Positions 60,692-64,000 of a stretch of DNA of 64,000 nucleotides are shown here, one piece after another; position 1 is the first letter of the stretch; the number at the start of each line of letters is the position of its first letter. The position numbers were made by a program, and so were the translations under genes. The stretch lies in NCBI GenBank assembly GCA_964369425.1, contig CAYJGW010000006.1, forward strand, positions 5,396-69,395, read 5' to 3'. The notes beneath the pieces were generated by a model. That model did not search any database. It saw only the letters and a list, made by a program, of their open reading frames with translations, and was not told the origin of the DNA. The stretch is from an uncultured Lachnospiraceae bacterium (lineage in GTDB: Bacteria; Bacillota; Clostridia; Lachnospirales; Lachnospiraceae).

Positions 60692-61129
60692 TTACACCTT
60701 TCTTGGATAAAACAAAATGTATTGTTGATTATAATTACCCCAATATGTGGTATGGGGAGAATCTATAAAATAAATGGTAGAAAATAGCTGGGTACTATCA
60801 TTTAACTTTGTCACAATGCGAAGTAAAGGTTTGGACAAAGGGAAAATGATTTCATCGTCATGGCGCTTTTGTCTACCTAATTCTGATAAATAGGCACAAT
60901 CTTCTTCGGATAGATAGGATAATACAGTTTTTTGTTGTTCCCTTGTTAAAGTAAAGAAATAAAAGTCTGTATAAGCACCATTACAGTCATTTCTAGATAA
61001 CAGACCAAGGAAATAATCGTAGGCCTCATCTGCTGAAAAATGCAGTATTTGGTGATTGCAAGTATCAAATCCTTCTTGGATATTAGTGAAATATTGAGCA
61101 CCATGTCTGATTAATTCGTTTGTTTTCAT
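60692..61129 (-). CDS. hypothetical protein, first gene of the hydEGF operon
   Basis: 145-aa ORF with AAGGAG 8 nt upstream of its ATG. Its last codons carry the AAGGTG ribosome-binding site of hydE, with a 5-nt gap. I recognise no motif. Confidence 0.65.
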   Translation of the reverse strand: MKTNELIRHGAQYFTNIQEGFDTCNHQILHFSADEAYDYFLGLLSRNDCNGAYTDFYFFTLTREQQKTVLSYLSEEDCAYLSELGRQKRHDDEIIFPLSKPLLRIVTKLNDSTQLFSTIYFIDSPHTTYWGNYNQQYILFYPRKV

Positions 61130-61159
61130 AATAATACTCCTTGCTTAATTAAATAGAAC

Positions 61160-61188
61160 TTGATTTTATTTTACCATAAAAGTATAAT
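61160..61188 (+). promoter_or_regulatory. promoter candidate (TTGATT-17-TATAAT)
   Basis: TTGATT at 61160-61165 and TATAAT at 61183-61188, upstream of the rhodanese-TtcA gene. Confidence 0.55.
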
Positions 61189-61241
61189 CTAGATGATAAA
61201 TATTTGATAAAAAGATAAAAAAGTGATAATAGGAAGATAAT

Positions 61242-62396
61242 ATGCAAGATAAAAATCACATCATAACGATAGAAGAGTTGGAACAATTAGAGAAAGAAAG
61301 CTATATTCTAGTGGATATGAGAGAAAAAAGCGCATTTGAATATGGCGCAATAGAAGGTGCAATTCATATACCAGAAAATGAATTGATAGAAAGATTGAAG
61401 ACTCTAAAAGGAGATAAACGTTTGATTCTCTACTGTACACGTGGGATTATTAGCGAAGAGGCAGTGTGGGAATTAGAAGAGTTGGGTGTGGTCTGCGCTC
61501 ACTTAGAAGGTGGTCACGCTAGGTGGTTACTTAGGAAGATGGAGAAAGAAAAGGCGATAGAGAGTCAGATTTGCGAAGAAATTGAAAAAGGGCTGCAAAA
61601 GAAATTTAAAAAGAGTATCTTTAGCAGGTTTGCAAAAGCGATACGTGAATATGAGCTACTAAAGGCAGGCGACAAGGTAGCGATTTGTATTTCTGGCGGT
61701 AAAGATTCGATGCTGATGGCAAAATTATTCCAAGAGCTCAAACGACATAGAAAATTTGAGTTTGATATGGAGTTCTTGGTTATGGATCCAGGATATAATG
61801 AATTAAATAGAAGTGTTATCGAGAATAACGCGGAGAAGATGGGGATTCCAATTACGGTGTTTGAAACAGATATCTTTGAGACTGTTTATGATATTGAAAA
61901 GTCGCCATGCTATCTGTGTGCAAGAATGCGACGAGGGCATCTTTACAGTAAGGCAAAAGAGCTAGGGTGCAATAAGATTGCACTAGGTCATCATTATGAT
62001 GATGTTATTGAGACGATTTTAATGGGCATGATGTATGGTGCGCAAGTTCAGACGATGATGCCAAAATTACACAGTACCAATTTTGAAGGGATGGAGTTGA
62101 TTCGTCCTATGTATCTCGTTCGCGAAGATGATATCAAACGATGGAGAGATTATCACAATCTACAGTTTATTCAATGTGCATGTCGTTTCACAGACACTTG
62201 TACCACTTGTAGAGATGATGGGAGCAACGTATCAAAGCGAATGGAAATCAAAGACTTGATAAAGGAATTGAAAAAAATAAATCCTTTCATTGAAAGTAAC
62301 ATTTTCAAAAGTGTAGAGAATGTTAATCTAGATACGGTGATTGCATATAAGAAAAAAGGTGAGAGACATCACTTTTTGGATGAATATGAAAAATAA
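61242..62396 (+). CDS. rhodanese domain fused to a TtcA-like PP-loop tRNA thiolase
   Basis: Residues about 1-100 form a rhodanese domain (active-site loop YCTRGIIS). After that: PP-loop ISGGKDS, CYLCARMRRG and CACRF..TCTTC cysteine motifs typical of the TtcA/TtuA group. Confidence 0.78.
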   Translation: MQDKNHIITIEELEQLEKESYILVDMREKSAFEYGAIEGAIHIPENELIERLKTLKGDKRLILYCTRGIISEEAVWELEELGVVCAHLEGGHARWLLRKMEKEKAIESQICEEIEKGLQKKFKKSIFSRFAKAIREYELLKAGDKVAICISGGKDSMLMAKLFQELKRHRKFEFDMEFLVMDPGYNELNRSVIENNAEKMGIPITVFETDIFETVYDIEKSPCYLCARMRRGHLYSKAKELGCNKIALGHHYDDVIETILMGMMYGAQVQTMMPKLHSTNFEGMELIRPMYLVREDDIKRWRDYHNLQFIQCACRFTDTCTTCRDDGSNVSKRMEIKDLIKELKKINPFIESNIFKSVENVNLDTVIAYKKKGERHHFLDEYEK

Positions 62397-62419
62397 ATAA
62401 AAGTATTAGTGGAGGGAAG

Positions 62420-63436
62420 ATGAAGTATTTGACATTTGCTATACCGAGCTATAATTCAGAAAATTATATAAAAAAAGCAATTGACTGTGCTCTTTTGGGG
62501 GGCGATGACGTGGAAATCATTATCGTTAATGATGGATCAAAGGATGGTACTTCAAGGATTGCACACGAGTATGAAGAGAAATATCCAACTATCATAAAGG
62601 TGATTGATCAAAAGAATGGTGGTCATGGGCAAGCGGTAAATACAGGATTGGCTCATGCGACAGGAAAGTATTTTAAGGTGTTAGATAGCGACGATTGGTT
62701 AGAAGAAGAGGCGTATAAAAAGGTTCTTTTAAAATTAAAAGAATTTGAAGCGGAAAATACAGAAATCGATATGTTAGTATCAAACTATGTATACGAAAAA
62801 GTGGATGCGAAAAAGAAAAAGGTAGTGCATTATCGCAATGTTCTTCCAGTGGAGCAAGTATTTAATTGGAATGCAGTTGGAAGATTTCGACCAGACCAGT
62901 ATATTCTGATGCATTCGGTGACGTATCGAACGGATTTGCTAAAGCTTATTCAGTTACAATTGCCAAAGCACACCTTTTATGTAGATAACGTATATGTCTA
63001 TTACCCACTTCCTCACATTCGTAAAATTTACTACTTGGATGTGGATTTTTATCGTTATTATATCGGAAGAGACGGACAATCAGTAAATGAAAAAAATATG
63101 ATTGCTAGAATAGATCAGCAAATATATGTAACGAAATTGCTGATAGATAAATATGAGTTGAAGAGTATAGAATCAAGAAAATTAAAGAAGTATATGGTAA
63201 ATTATATAGCCATTATGATGACAGTATCTTCGATTATTGCAATCAGATCACAGGATGAAGAAAATTTAAAAAAGAAAACAGAATTGTGGCATTACTTAAA
63301 AAAGAAGAATCTAGCACTCTTTCTTCGTATTCGGTATGGGATATTAGGACATACCACAAATCTTCCTGGGAAATCGGGGAGAAAGATATCTTCATTGGTT
63401 TATGTGATCAGCCAAAGAATCATCGGATTCAACTAA
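62420..63436 (+). CDS. family 2 glycosyltransferase
   Basis: FAIPSYNSENYI...IIVNDGSKDGT...VLDSDDW (DxD). Confidence 0.85.
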   Translation: MKYLTFAIPSYNSENYIKKAIDCALLGGDDVEIIIVNDGSKDGTSRIAHEYEEKYPTIIKVIDQKNGGHGQAVNTGLAHATGKYFKVLDSDDWLEEEAYKKVLLKLKEFEAENTEIDMLVSNYVYEKVDAKKKKVVHYRNVLPVEQVFNWNAVGRFRPDQYILMHSVTYRTDLLKLIQLQLPKHTFYVDNVYVYYPLPHIRKIYYLDVDFYRYYIGRDGQSVNEKNMIARIDQQIYVTKLLIDKYELKSIESRKLKKYMVNYIAIMMTVSSIIAIRSQDEENLKKKTELWHYLKKKNLALFLRIRYGILGHTTNLPGKSGRKISSLVYVISQRIIGFN

Positions 63437-63509
63437 TATCATCTTCTGATTGAATATTCAGGATGCTTAGACATATATTGAAGAAAGATATGTCAATTAG
63501 GTGAATGAA

Positions 63510-64000
63510 ATGAGAGAGAAGGTTAGGAATACAAAGATATCGATTTGGACATTTGTAGTGATAGTAATTGCAGCCGTAGGTGGCGTTACTTATATGCCTA
63601 ATATTATAAAAGTATCTAGTAATGTGAATGGAAGAGAACTTCCTATAGCAAAAGTCAAGACTTTAGAAAAAGAGATTGCATTAACATTTGATCTTACTTG
63701 GGGAAGCGAAAATATAAAAGAAGTATTAAATATCTTAGAGGCGCATCATGTAAGAGCTACGTTTTTTCTCTCTGGAAACTGGGTAGAAACATACCCAGAG
63801 TTTGTAGAGACAATCATAGAAGCTGGGCATGACATAGGCAATCATAGCTTGACACACAGCAACATGACACAACAGTCTTTTGAAGAAAAAATAGCAGAAA
63901 TCCAAGGTGTACACGATAACGTAAAAGAACTGACAGGATATGAGATGATCCTTTTTCGCGCTCCTTATGGTGCTTATGATGATGAAGTTATTTTAGCAGC
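63510..64000 (+). CDS. polysaccharide deacetylase (NodB homology domain); the 3' end is outside the window
   Basis: N-terminal TM anchor followed by LTFDLTWG...ATFFLSG...GHDIGNHSLTH...FRAPYG. The frame is open to the window edge. Confidence 0.8.
   Translation, partial: MREKVRNTKISIWTFVVIVIAAVGGVTYMPNIIKVSSNVNGRELPIAKVKTLEKEIALTFDLTWGSENIKEVLNILEAHHVRATFFLSGNWVETYPEFVETIIEAGHDIGNHSLTHSNMTQQSFEEKIAEIQGVHDNVKELTGYEMILFRAPYGAYDDEVILA

Overview
This window is a gene-dense (about 60 CDS), low-GC stretch that looks like the chromosome of an anaerobic Firmicute (Clostridia/Lachnospiraceae-like). That guess rests on gene content: hydEGF [FeFe]-hydrogenase maturases, a fabK-type fatty-acid synthesis cluster, anaerobic nrdDG, a YlmC/YmxH sporulation protein and a glycyl-radical enzyme operon. 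Most of it is ordinary housekeeping, in this order: trxB; an ECF S-component; an OmpR/HK two-component pair; hisH-hisF; ung; hflX; nrdD-nrdG-addB-addA, which overlap; coaBC; a ThrE-type exporter pair; aroF-aroB-SDR; a GRE activase - GRE - proC operon that fits trans-4-hydroxy-L-proline dehydratase (HypD); MFS and Na/Pi transporters; a small alarmone synthetase; the 12-gene cluster fabH-acpP-fabK-fabD-fabG-fabF-accB-fabZ-accC-accDA-NMO-marR; an MCP; an EAL protein; a pncB-ddl-murF-cof block on the minus strand; a sugar oxidoreductase/epimerase pair; orphan-hydE-hydG-hydF; a rhodanese-TtcA fusion; and a GT2 plus polysaccharide deacetylase at the edge. I found no rRNA, tRNA, CRISPR array, intact mobile element or recognisable defence system. 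The only clearly non-ordinary stretch is 23.9-25.2 kb. It holds a decayed nuclease-like gene (one in-frame TGA plus a frameshift in an A6 run) bracketed by six copies of a TTACGTA-core motif with 72-bp periodicity and hairpin-capable pairs, directly upstream of the hypD-type operon. Secondary points of interest are an uncharacterised 145-aa gene translationally coupled to hydE, a rhodanese-TtcA fusion divergent from it, an accD-accA fusion, and an extra NMO-family gene plus FabT-like regulator at the tail of the fab cluster. All family calls come from reading the translations against remembered motifs; no database search was run.
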